The position numbers and the translations under genes were made by a program. Under the pieces are notes generated by a model, which made no database searches, was not told the origin of the DNA, and worked only from the letters and a program-made list of their open reading frames with translations. Of a stretch of 64,000 nucleotides of DNA, positions 40,762 to 49,520 are shown piece after piece; the first letter of the stretch is position 1; the number at the start of each line of letters is the position of its first letter. Origin of the DNA: an uncultured Ignavibacteriales bacterium (lineage in GTDB: Bacteria > Zixibacteria > MSB-5A5 > GN15 > JAAZOE01); NCBI GenBank assembly GCA_964611355.1, contig CAZSYD010000003.1, forward strand, positions 16,872 to 80,871, in the 5' to 3' direction.

Positions 40762-41637
40762 ATGAAACAAACCGCCAAAGGCGATCTGTTGGCGCTATTA
40801 TGCGCTGTCTCAACCGGTCTGGGTATTATCCCGGCCAAGGCGGTCGTGGCGGTTATTGCACCGGAAACCCTGGTATTCTACCTGTTTGTTTTCGCTTTTA
40901 TCATTTCCCTGTTTCCTCTTGGAGTAAAGGGCCAGAGGGAAATCATCGGCGCCGTCAGAAAGGAGCAGTTGCTATTAATCATCAGATTGGCCGTGCTTTA
41001 TTCGGCGGCCATTTTCTTCTCGTGGACGGCCCTGGTCCACCTGGAACCGGCGACCCAGTCGTTTTTATCCCGTATCAAGGTATTCATCACCGTTCTGCTG
41101 GCTATAGTCATTCTCAAGGAAAAGTTATACCGAGCCGAGATAATCGGCGCCCTGTTGGCCGTTGCCGGAATCGTTCTGCTGAAATTCAAGGCCGGTAGCG
41201 CCGTTTCAAGCGGTATTACGCTGATGTTAATTTCCGCCCTGCTTTTTTCATCGGCCGAAATAATGCTCAAAGCCAAAATCAAGGATATACATCCGACGCT
41301 CTTCCTCTTTTTTCGCAATTTACTGATGATTCCCTGCTTTGCGGTAATCATCTGGATGCGGGGAGTATCTTTTGCCCTGCCGGATCTTCGAGTTGCCGGT
41401 CTGATTGCTCTGACCTCGCTTCTGGCGCCGGTCATTGGCCGGACAACTTATATTATGGCCATCAAACGAAATTCACTTTCCCGAACCGTCCTAATAAATC
41501 AAACCCAGCCCATGTTTGCCGCTCTGGCGGGATTTGTCATACTTCATTCTCTGCCGACCCCGATAGAATGGCTTAGCGGCGGCTTGATTCTGGCCGGAGC
41601 TTTTATAATCGGCGCCGGAGGAAGGAACACGGAATAA
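40762..41637 (+). CDS. EamA/DMT-family transporter
   Basis: About 10 hydrophobic segments in two EamA-like halves. The ATG at 40762 (MKQTAKGDLLALLCAVS) is preferred over the listed TTG at 40726. Confidence 0.8.
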   Translation: MKQTAKGDLLALLCAVSTGLGIIPAKAVVAVIAPETLVFYLFVFAFIISLFPLGVKGQREIIGAVRKEQLLLIIRLAVLYSAAIFFSWTALVHLEPATQSFLSRIKVFITVLLAIVILKEKLYRAEIIGALLAVAGIVLLKFKAGSAVSSGITLMLISALLFSSAEIMLKAKIKDIHPTLFLFFRNLLMIPCFAVIIWMRGVSFALPDLRVAGLIALTSLLAPVIGRTTYIMAIKRNSLSRTVLINQTQPMFAALAGFVILHSLPTPIEWLSGGLILAGAFIIGAGGRNTE

Positions 41638-41742
41638 AAACTGAAGCCCGGTACCCTGGGTTCTGTTAATTCCGTATAATCAACGTTTTTTTGTGGAAAT
41701 ATTTAATTGACATTATGGTACCGTTTATTATAGATAAAGGTC

Positions 41743-42678
41743 ATGAATTACGGCCGGATCATTTCCTTTGGTTTTTCCCGCGCATGGAAACACAAATCAC
41801 TCTGGATACTCGGCTTTTTTATTTCCGGTGGTGGTGGTGGTGGCAATATTTTCAATATTGGCTCCAAATCGGACTCGGGAGACTTTGGCGGTATTAGCGT
41901 CCCCGGAATTGTTGAAAGGATTCTTGAGAACCCCCTGATTATTCTTGCCCTTGTGGCGGCTGTTCTTGCAGTTATCATTATCTTTATTATCCTGGGAACT
42001 ATCTCCATCGGAGGCATGATAGAGGCCGCCCGTCGTTTTAAGCAAAACGAGGCTTATCGATTTGGCGAAGTTTTTAAAGTCGGAGTCTCGTACTTCTGGC
42101 GGCTTTTGGGGATTATGATTCTGGTTATGATAATTATGGCCGCCTTTGTTATCATGCTTATTCTGTTCGGGGTAGCCGCTTTTATGGCTCACGTCGCAGT
42201 TGGCCTGCTCTCATTGATAATATTGATCCCGGTGTTTATAATCGGGGCATTTTGGGTGATTGCCACAAGCGCCATGGCCGAAAGATATATCGTCCTGAAA
42301 AACCGACAGGTCTTTGACAGCATCGCCGATGGATTCACTCTCTGGACTTCCAACCTCGGTCCGACCGTCCTGTATTCTTTGATATACTTAGGCATAAGTA
42401 TCGGCGTTGGTCTTGGAACGCTGGTGATCTTCATGTTCGTGGCCATGCCCTTTATCGCTATCGGCTTCGTCAACCTGCTTTTGGCTCTGATGCTCGGTAT
42501 TCCGGTGGCGTTGTTGGTTCTTCTGGTAATCAATGGATTCACCGGCTCGGCCATGCACCTTATGACCACGGAATTTTATTTTCAGTTGGTCGGTCGGAGT
42601 GAAGGTTTGGCGCCGCAGGTCGCCAACAGTGAACCGGTTATTACTCCTTCACCTCCGCCCCCGCCTGATTCCATCTGA
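41743..42678 (+). CDS. membrane protein of unknown function (Gly-run near N-terminus, Pro-run at C-terminus)
   Basis: 311 aa with several long hydrophobic segments, GGGGGG at residues 29-34, and an ending of PSPPPPPDSI. Confidence 0.6.
   Translation: MNYGRIISFGFSRAWKHKSLWILGFFISGGGGGGNIFNIGSKSDSGDFGGISVPGIVERILENPLIILALVAAVLAVIIIFIILGTISIGGMIEAARRFKQNEAYRFGEVFKVGVSYFWRLLGIMILVMIIMAAFVIMLILFGVAAFMAHVAVGLLSLIILIPVFIIGAFWVIATSAMAERYIVLKNRQVFDSIADGFTLWTSNLGPTVLYSLIYLGISIGVGLGTLVIFMFVAMPFIAIGFVNLLLALMLGIPVALLVLLVINGFTGSAMHLMTTEFYFQLVGRSEGLAPQVANSEPVITPSPPPPPDSI
41827..41844 (+). repeat. in-frame (GGT)5-GGC trinucleotide repeat
   Basis: It reads ggtggtggtggtggtggc and encodes the Gly6 run of ORF 41743..42678. 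Confidence 0.9.
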
Positions 42679-42685
42679 GGGTATC

Positions 42686-43759
42686 ATGAAAAGGCCGGTT
42701 GTTTATTTTCTTGGCCGGGCAACTTTTGCCTTATTGATCGGCGGACTATTTATCGTCGCCCCGGGCCGGGCCGGTGACCTGCCCGACGTCGAGATGGTCA
42801 TCGACAATTACGACTACATGATTTCGCTCTTCCCGGATGACTACCCCAACAGGCGAAAGGCCATAAGAGCCTGCTCCACCATCACGGCCGAGGCGGAATC
42901 ACTGAAGGTCTTCTGGGACGAACAGGGTAACGCCGTCCTTTATTACCTCTCGTATTACGCCGGAATTGACTGGATCGAGCCGGAGTTCAAAATCCACATC
43001 GTCAAATATTATCCTGACTATGCCTGCCATAATCCGATAACGATTCCCCTGACCGGCAGGAAAACCGGCGGCCGGATTATCGCCCTGCCGCAGGGGCTGT
43101 CGCATTATATCACCCTTTTTCAGCAACTATCCAAAAGACTTCTGGAGCAGACGGCTCTTCCGGGAAGCACGCCATATTACGTCGCCGGCCATCCGCTCAT
43201 GGAAAAGACCAAGCGCCGTTTCGACAATTTGGCCAACCTGCTGGCCCTGCGTACCATCGCCGATTTCACCGATATAGATACTGTCCTGTCGATTTTCAAA
43301 TCAGCCCACTGGAAAAAACGCGAACCCGGGCAGGAGGTGCTATTTAATTACTTCATGGACAAATGGAACCTGTCGGGCGATACCACCCTGGCTTACCTGA
43401 TCGCATCAGAGCCGTATAGTTCCAAACTGGTGGCGCTGACCCGCCCGCCGGTCAAACGAAAACGCAGGGCAAGCGGCTGGGGGAATCATCAACTGCAGCC
43501 GCCGCCGGGTGGTATTCTCGGCCTTTCGGTAGCCAGGGACCGCTCCGGGTTTTTCAAGGTGGTCGATATCGATACTCTGAAGCTGGCCTTTGTATCGGGC
43601 CTGAGAAAAGACGATCTGATCCGCAACATCGACGGCGCCGCGCCGCGAAATATCAAACAGCTTTTCTCGTTGATAATGGAACATCTCGAAGAAGGCGCTC
43701 ACGTCAATATTGTCCGCGACGACGAACCGGACGCAGTTATTATCTATCCCTGGGAATAG
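42686..43759 (+). CDS. secreted or membrane-anchored protein with C-terminal PDZ domain and an unassigned N-terminal domain
   Basis: The ATG at 42686 follows GAGGG. There is a signal/anchor segment (FALLIGGLFIVAPGRA). The C-terminal GILGLSVARD...GLRKDDLIRNIDG...VNIVRD is PDZ-like. Confidence 0.65.
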   Translation: MKRPVVYFLGRATFALLIGGLFIVAPGRAGDLPDVEMVIDNYDYMISLFPDDYPNRRKAIRACSTITAEAESLKVFWDEQGNAVLYYLSYYAGIDWIEPEFKIHIVKYYPDYACHNPITIPLTGRKTGGRIIALPQGLSHYITLFQQLSKRLLEQTALPGSTPYYVAGHPLMEKTKRRFDNLANLLALRTIADFTDIDTVLSIFKSAHWKKREPGQEVLFNYFMDKWNLSGDTTLAYLIASEPYSSKLVALTRPPVKRKRRASGWGNHQLQPPPGGILGLSVARDRSGFFKVVDIDTLKLAFVSGLRKDDLIRNIDGAAPRNIKQLFSLIMEHLEEGAHVNIVRDDEPDAVIIYPWE

Positions 43760-43967
43760 GGACTTCGTCATCATCCGACGAAAATCTTAAAGCGACGGCA
43801 ACAATCAGGACGCGGGGCGGAACCAATTCTGTCTGCATTCACCTTATCTAAAACTTTAGCATTTTTCTAAAATACTTTTCAGCGGTTTGTGGACGTCTAA
43901 GGCGGAAGTTAAATTTCCTTCTCTTTCATCCGATAATCAAAACATGGCTTTTCATAAGGGAGATGCA

Positions 43968-44723
43968 ATGGATTCGACAACCGCCGGTTTTTCGCTGGTG
44001 GAAAGAAAAAAATATGACGACAAGTCGGCTCACCAGATAGCGGAGGGAATCTGGTGGGTGGGGTTTCTCGACGCCGAATCAAGCGATTCTCACAATCCCT
44101 ACCTGCTGGTCGATCAGGACGAAGCGGTCCTGATCAACCCCGGCTCCCGCGCCGAGAAACACCACAGGATTGTCAACGACAAGGTAGGTTCAATAATCGA
44201 TCTCTCCCGGATTCAACATATCGTCGTCCTGCATCACGATCCCGATCGATGCGCCGCCATTACGCTTTTTGAAAAGGCGGCTCATCGGGATGTCAGAATA
44301 TACGCTCCCTCAGGGGTCGCTAATTCAATCAAGCACTACGGCTGCAAACATCCGGTCGTTGGCCTCGACGACGGCGACAGTATTATTCTCAAGTCGGGAA
44401 GGGCTATCGACTATTATTCCACTCCCGGCCTGCCTTCTATCGGTTCAGGATTTTTGCACGACGCAAAAACAAGGACAATATTTTCGGGAAACATATTCGG
44501 CAATATTCCCGGCGAATGGAACCTGTTCGCCCCGGCCAATGCCTGGGAATCGCCGGCGCCCGTAAATGCCGACGCGCGACGTTCCAAAAAAGCTCTGATG
44601 CACGCGCTTAATAAAATCGAACGTCTTTCCCCTGACAGGCTATGCCTTCAACTCGGCCCGATTATTGAAGATGATATCGACAGCCATATCGCCGCGGCGA
44701 GAAAAACGGGTGCCGATAAATAA
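43968..44723 (+). CDS. single-domain metallo-beta-lactamase-fold protein related to the FprA/ODP di-iron domain
   Basis: GIWWVGFLD...NPYLLVDQDEAVLINPGS...IQHIVVLHHDPDRCAAI...FLHDAKTRTIFSGNIFG follows the FprA N-terminal domain pattern. There is no flavodoxin domain. The ATG at 43968 follows AGGGAG, and an alternative ATG is at 43944. Confidence 0.55.
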   Translation: MDSTTAGFSLVERKKYDDKSAHQIAEGIWWVGFLDAESSDSHNPYLLVDQDEAVLINPGSRAEKHHRIVNDKVGSIIDLSRIQHIVVLHHDPDRCAAITLFEKAAHRDVRIYAPSGVANSIKHYGCKHPVVGLDDGDSIILKSGRAIDYYSTPGLPSIGSGFLHDAKTRTIFSGNIFGNIPGEWNLFAPANAWESPAPVNADARRSKKALMHALNKIERLSPDRLCLQLGPIIEDDIDSHIAAARKTGADK

Positions 44724-44798
44724 ACAATTCCGCAGCACGCCCATACTATCCGCGGACAACTTCTATCTCAGCAGGAAATCATAAACGGATAACTTCCG

Positions 44799-45194
44799 CT
44801 AATTGGCAAACAGCGAAAGCCTGATGCCGAACTGGTTGACCGGTTCGTCATAAAAGGTACCGTATATCCGCTGATAATTCACCGAAAGCGCTTTATAGAC
44901 CGGCTTTACCAGTGAAAGTTCGATGTAGTAGTCATGATCCTCGTACAGGTCAAGTTCCCAGTTGAAATCTCCGGTAAATTCGAAAACGAAAGCAGTTCCC
45001 AGTTTGAAACCATTGATCGAAATAATCTGAAGCGTCGTTCCCCTCGAACGCCCCAGATCATCCATATTTTTGAAAAACGACACCTCGTTGGTGAACGGCG
45101 TGACAGCCTGCGCCATCAACATGTCAGCAGGCAAAAGCACCGCCAGTAATATCAGTACCGGTATTGACAGTCGGTTCGATATCCATTTGCCCAT
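44799..45194 (-). CDS. small secreted hypothetical protein
   Basis: 131 aa with a signal peptide (IPVLILLAVLLPADMLMAQA) and a beta-strand-like alternating pattern. I recognise no family. Confidence 0.5.
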   Translation of the reverse strand: MGKWISNRLSIPVLILLAVLLPADMLMAQAVTPFTNEVSFFKNMDDLGRSRGTTLQIISINGFKLGTAFVFEFTGDFNWELDLYEDHDYYIELSLVKPVYKALSVNYQRIYGTFYDEPVNQFGIRLSLFAN

Positions 45195-45310
45195 CAGCTT
45201 CCCTCGCAGTTTTGGTCAGTTACTATAGCTACTCCTTTTGACCGGGATTATACCGATTTCCCCCTGCTAAGGCAACATCGGCATACATTAATGCCGAGGG
45301 GACAAATTTT

Positions 45311-45553
45311 TTGTATATTGCCAAGGTGAAGCCATTTTTCAAAAAGACATATGCGGACTGGAAGCGGTTTGCCCGCCTGCTGGGAAGAGTTCAACTCGCG
45401 ATCATCCTGACACTTTTTTATTCAGTCGTCTTCGTGCCGCTCGGTCTGGTTTGTCATTTGGCCAGTCTATTCCCGAACAGGCGGATCAAAAGTACCTGGC
45501 GGCCCTACAGAACGATTTCAAATCCACGTGAATATTTTCGGCGGCAGGGATAG
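45311..45553 (+). CDS. small membrane protein upstream of carbamoyltransferase (possibly SxtJ-like)
   Basis: 80 aa from a TTG start 10 nt after GAGGGG. It has one or two hydrophobic segments (VQLAIILTLFYSVVFVPLGLVCHLASLF) and ends 3 nt before the carbamoyltransferase ATG. Confidence 0.45.
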   Translation: MYIAKVKPFFKKTYADWKRFARLLGRVQLAIILTLFYSVVFVPLGLVCHLASLFPNRRIKSTWRPYRTISNPREYFRRQG

Positions 45554-45556
45554 ACT

Positions 45557-47299
45557 ATGTATATCCTTGGTATTTCCTGTTATTACCATGATTCGGCTGC
45601 TGCGCTTTTACGGGACGGCCGGATTATCGCCGCCTGCGCCGAAGAGCGGCTTTCGGGGCAAAAGCATGATTCCGGCTTTCCCGAAAATGCTATCAGATAC
45701 TGCCTGAAAGAAGCGGGAATCGAGCCTTCTGAACTTGACCATGTTATCTTCTATGATCGCCCGCTTTTGAAATTCGACAGAATCCTGTGTTCACTGATTA
45801 AGAACGCTCCCTTCAACTACCGCCAGTATATCTCCGCCTTACCGCTCTGGTTAAGACAGAAACTCTGGGTGGAGCAGAGAATTAAAAATCATCCGGGCAA
45901 GTTAAAAAACCTGTGGTTTTCGGAGCATCATCTTTCCCACGCCGCCGGCGCTTTTTTCCTATCGCCGTTCGACAAGGCGGCAATTTTGACTATCGACGGC
46001 GTCGGTGAGAAAACGACGGCCTCGATCGGGCGGGGCGAAGACAACCGGATTGAATTGCTCATGGAGATGAGCTATCCCGACTCGGTCGGTCTGCTTTATT
46101 CCGCCTTCACCTATTTTCTGGGTTTCCGGGTTAACTCCGGCGAATACAAAGTGATGGGACTGGCGCCTTACGGTCTGCCTCGATACGCCGACCTTATTCG
46201 CGATCGGCTGGTGAAAATATTCGACGACGGTTCAATCAGATTGAATCTGAAAATGTTTAATTTCCCTCGCGGCATGACTATGACTTCGAGCCGTTTCGAA
46301 AAACTGTTCGGGACGGCAAGACGTCAGCCCGGCAAGCTGCTTGAAGATATTCATCGCGACATCGCCGCCTCGATTCAAGAGATAACCGAAGAGATTATCT
46401 TCAAAATGGCCGAAGAGGCCAAAAAGCAAACCGGACTGGATAATCTGGTAATGTCAGGCGGCGTTGCGCTTAATTGCCGTGCCGCCGGACTTTTAAGGCA
46501 ATCCGGGATGTTCCGGGATATCTTCGTACAACCTGCCGCCGGAGACGACGGCGGCGCTGCTGGCGCAGCCTTCTTTCTTTATCATCATATTCTGGGTCAT
46601 CAAAGAGATCACCATGATAATATCATTTCCCTCGGCCCGGCCGTGGATATCGAAGATATAAGGGAGATTTGCCGGAAGCATCGAATTCCGCACCGCACAA
46701 TCGCCGATGCCGACGAAAGCGCCAGGATACTTGCCTTAGCCCTGGCTCAAGGTAAGATTATCGGCCTGGTCAGCGGCCGTAGCGAGTACGGCCCTCGCGC
46801 GCTGGGGCATCGATCAATTCTGGCCAACCCGGCTGATCCGGCAATGAAAGAAAAAATAAACGCCGCCGTAAAATTCCGCGAGCCGTTCCGGCCGTTTGCA
46901 CCGGCAGTTATAGAAGAAAAAGCGGACGAGTATTTCGATACCCGTGGCAACTCGCCATATATGACATTTCTTTTTAACGTCCGTGAAGAAAAGAAAAAAA
47001 AGATACCGGCCGTCACGCATGTTGACGGCACTTCCCGTATCCAGACGGTCTCACGAAAAACCAATCCATTGTTATACGGGATATTGCAACAGTTCGAAAA
47101 CCTGACCAGTCTTCCGGCGCTTTTGAATACATCCTATAACCTTCGGGGTTTCCCGATCTCCGCCACCGCCCGGCAGACGCTTCAAACCTTTTTTTCGTCG
47201 GGGATCGATATCCTGCTGGTTGAAAATATACTACTGGATAAGAAAATGATCCCAAGACCATACCCCGTGGAACTGACTATCAAGCCCTTGGAAGATTAA
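45557..47299 (+). CDS. carbamoyltransferase (NodU/CmcH family)
   Basis: 580 aa. MYILGISCYYHDSAAALLRDGRIIAACAEERLSGQKHDSGFP is the typical N-terminus. The C-terminal part has PAVTHVDGTSRIQTV and LLNTSYNLRG. Confidence 0.9.
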   Translation: MYILGISCYYHDSAAALLRDGRIIAACAEERLSGQKHDSGFPENAIRYCLKEAGIEPSELDHVIFYDRPLLKFDRILCSLIKNAPFNYRQYISALPLWLRQKLWVEQRIKNHPGKLKNLWFSEHHLSHAAGAFFLSPFDKAAILTIDGVGEKTTASIGRGEDNRIELLMEMSYPDSVGLLYSAFTYFLGFRVNSGEYKVMGLAPYGLPRYADLIRDRLVKIFDDGSIRLNLKMFNFPRGMTMTSSRFEKLFGTARRQPGKLLEDIHRDIAASIQEITEEIIFKMAEEAKKQTGLDNLVMSGGVALNCRAAGLLRQSGMFRDIFVQPAAGDDGGAAGAAFFLYHHILGHQRDHHDNIISLGPAVDIEDIREICRKHRIPHRTIADADESARILALALAQGKIIGLVSGRSEYGPRALGHRSILANPADPAMKEKINAAVKFREPFRPFAPAVIEEKADEYFDTRGNSPYMTFLFNVREEKKKKIPAVTHVDGTSRIQTVSRKTNPLLYGILQQFENLTSLPALLNTSYNLRGFPISATARQTLQTFFSSGIDILLVENILLDKKMIPRPYPVELTIKPLED

Positions 47300-47356
47300 C
47301 TATAATGGCAGGCAATTTACATTAAACAAAAACGCGAAATTTATTATATTATTCCT

Positions 47357-47536
47357 ATGGGACTCTGGAAAGATTTTGCCGGGCGATTAACCATCCTGGG
47401 GGAATTGTGGTTTTTCGTCCGGTATCGGAAGCGGTACTGGCTGTTGCCGATTTTGATATTCCTGTTTCTCTTGTCGCTTTTTATAGTTTTCGCCGAAGGA
47501 TCGGCGGTGGCTCCCTTTATCTATTCCATTTTTTAG
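47357..47536 (+). CDS. 59-aa small membrane protein (DUF5989/SxtK-like), absent from the supplied ORF track
   Basis: My translation is MGLWKDFAGRLTILGELWFFVRYRKRYWLLPILIFLFLLSLFIVFAEGSAVAPFIYSIF, ending at TAG 47534-47536. The K/R-WWLLPI...GSAxAPFIY(S/T)xF pattern matches my memory of the small proteins that follow carbamoyltransferases. Confidence 0.6.
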   Translation: MGLWKDFAGRLTILGELWFFVRYRKRYWLLPILIFLFLLSLFIVFAEGSAVAPFIYSIF

Positions 47537-47571
47537 CCTTGTGTATGTCGACCCTAATAGCATAAACACCC

Positions 47572-48624
47572 ATGTTTGACAGCATTAAAAAATATATACT
47601 CTGGCCGCTGGCTTCCATTGCCGGCTTTTTGGTAATCATTGAACTGATACTGCTGCTGGTCGGAATTAATCCCTATCCAAAAGGACGCGATTTCACCGTC
47701 AACCGAGCGCCCGATTATCCCGAGGTTTTCCTGAAAGATAAAGACCTTTTCTGGCGTCTCCGCCCCGATCAGACGATTACGTCGGAATTTTTCAAGGGAA
47801 AAACCTACCGGATAAATCGGCAGGGATTTCGCGGCGGCGATTTTGAAATCGAGAAAAAAGGGCTTCGCGTAGCGGTCCTGGGAAATTCCTGCGCTTTCGG
47901 CTGGAGCGTAACGTACAAGGAGACCTTTGCCGATATTCTCAGGCAAAAACTTATCGGGGCCGGCATAGAAAACGCGCAAGTCTATAATTTCGCCGTACCG
48001 GGTTACAGCTCTTTTCAGGGAAAACGGAATTACCGCAAATATGTTCGAGACTACGGGCCTGATATTTTGATTGTGGCCTTTGGCTGGAATGATCAATGGC
48101 TTGCGGCCAATGCCCGGCCTGACAGGGAGCAAAGGATGCCGACGGCGCCGATTATTGCCCTGCAGAATATTCTGGCCCGTTTCAGATTCTACCGGCTTTA
48201 CAAAAACATCGTCTTTTCGATCATGCCGGGATCTGCTTCAAAGGACGGTAATAACCATCTGGCCAGAGTCAGCATCGATGATTTCAAAGCAAACCTGACC
48301 GAAATTATCGACACGGCCCGGTCAGACGGCCCCCGCGTAATCCTTCTCACCTCGCCAATACCCTCCCTGCTGACCTACTACGGAACCAGGGGCCGATCAT
48401 TCCTGCACGAGAACCATCACTTTTACAATAATGCCGTCCGCGAAACCGCCGCCGTCAATTCGGTCGGTCTTATCGATCTGGCTGCCATTTTTGACAGGTA
48501 CGACAACCTTTTTGACGATGTCGAAAAGGACCCTTTCCACTACAACAGCCGCGGCCATAATCTGGCCGCCACGGAAATATTCCGCTTTCTCATGCAGGAG
48601 GACTACCTAAATACCCAACCATAA
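47572..48624 (+). CDS. SGNH/GDSL-type hydrolase family protein
   Basis: 350 aa with an N-terminal TM. VAVLGNSCAFGW is block I with Ser, GWND is block III, and a DxxH-like PFHYN sits near the C-terminus. Confidence 0.7.
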   Translation: MFDSIKKYILWPLASIAGFLVIIELILLLVGINPYPKGRDFTVNRAPDYPEVFLKDKDLFWRLRPDQTITSEFFKGKTYRINRQGFRGGDFEIEKKGLRVAVLGNSCAFGWSVTYKETFADILRQKLIGAGIENAQVYNFAVPGYSSFQGKRNYRKYVRDYGPDILIVAFGWNDQWLAANARPDREQRMPTAPIIALQNILARFRFYRLYKNIVFSIMPGSASKDGNNHLARVSIDDFKANLTEIIDTARSDGPRVILLTSPIPSLLTYYGTRGRSFLHENHHFYNNAVRETAAVNSVGLIDLAAIFDRYDNLFDDVEKDPFHYNSRGHNLAATEIFRFLMQEDYLNTQP

Positions 48625-48774
48625 TACTCCCATTTGTTCCGGAAGCCACAATGCTCATTTTTAGAGCATTCTATACCTATCCCGTAAAGTATCCGTTTCA
48701 GTTTCCGAAGAATTAAATAATTGATAAGAGATTAATACGCTGTTTATATACCTTTAATGATCCGGGGGGATAAA

Positions 48775-49278
48775 ATGGCCGAAGAAATCAAGACTGCAAG
48801 AAACACTGCCTCAGCGGAGCTACTCCAGTTGGTTGGTTTCAAAATAGGATCCGAGGAGTATGGCATAGATATCTTGAAAGTCCAGGAAATAAATCGGATG
48901 CCTGAAATCACCAGGGTACCTCAGGCCCCGCATTTTGTCGACGGCGTCATAAATCTGCGGGGCAAAGTTATTCCGATCATCAACACCCGCCGAAAGTTCA
49001 ACATTGAAGAAAGGGAAAACGACAAGGATACGCGTATTGTAGTCGTGGACATCAACGGCGAAGTAATTGGCCTTGTAGTTGACGCCGTCAGCGAAGTGCT
49101 GCGCATCCCCAATTCAATTGTAGAACCTCCGCCGAACGTCACAGTGGAGTCCGGGGCCGATTATATTACCGGCGTGGCTCGACTGGACGACCGTCTGCTT
49201 ATCCTCCTTGATCTGTCCCGCCTGATCGGCGACACCGCCCATGTTATGTCGAACCAGATAGAAGAAACCCCGGCCTGA
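48775..49278 (+). CDS. cheW: chemotaxis coupling protein CheW
   Basis: LLQLVGFKIGSEEYGIDILKVQEI...GVINLRGKVIPIIN...RIVVVDINGEVIGLVVDAVSEVL is CheW-like. The ATG at 48775 follows GGGGGA. Confidence 0.9.
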   Translation: MAEEIKTARNTASAELLQLVGFKIGSEEYGIDILKVQEINRMPEITRVPQAPHFVDGVINLRGKVIPIINTRRKFNIEERENDKDTRIVVVDINGEVIGLVVDAVSEVLRIPNSIVEPPPNVTVESGADYITGVARLDDRLLILLDLSRLIGDTAHVMSNQIEETPA

Positions 49279-49299
49279 CGGCATAGCGTAAAACTTCCA

Positions 49300-49328
49300 A
49301 AAGCCCGGTTTGAGTCCGGGCTTTTTTC
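49300..49328 (+). terminator. intrinsic terminator after cheW
   Basis: Stem AGCCCGG (49302-49308) pairs with CCGGGCT (49316-49322), followed by a T-run. Confidence 0.75.
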
Positions 49329-49520
49329 TTTATTCGCTTGGAAAACATTACTTCTTTTCGTATTTTTTTACCATTGGCTCTATACCATACTCGGTATTCA
49401 GGAGGGTTCCGGATTTCAGGAATTGCCGATTAACGATAAGCCGACACAGGCCGATAACTTGTAAAAGCGCAACGTATTAAAAACCTGTCTTGGCGTCAGG
49501 AAGGATCGGGAAAAAAGTCT

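Noticed and set aside
40496-41198. ORFs 40496-40714 (-, 72 aa) and 40701-41198 (+, 165 aa) in or next to the long intergenic region.
   Set aside because: Neither has an RBS or a motif. The + strand ORF overlaps the EamA gene out of frame and is Gly/Arg/Pro-rich.
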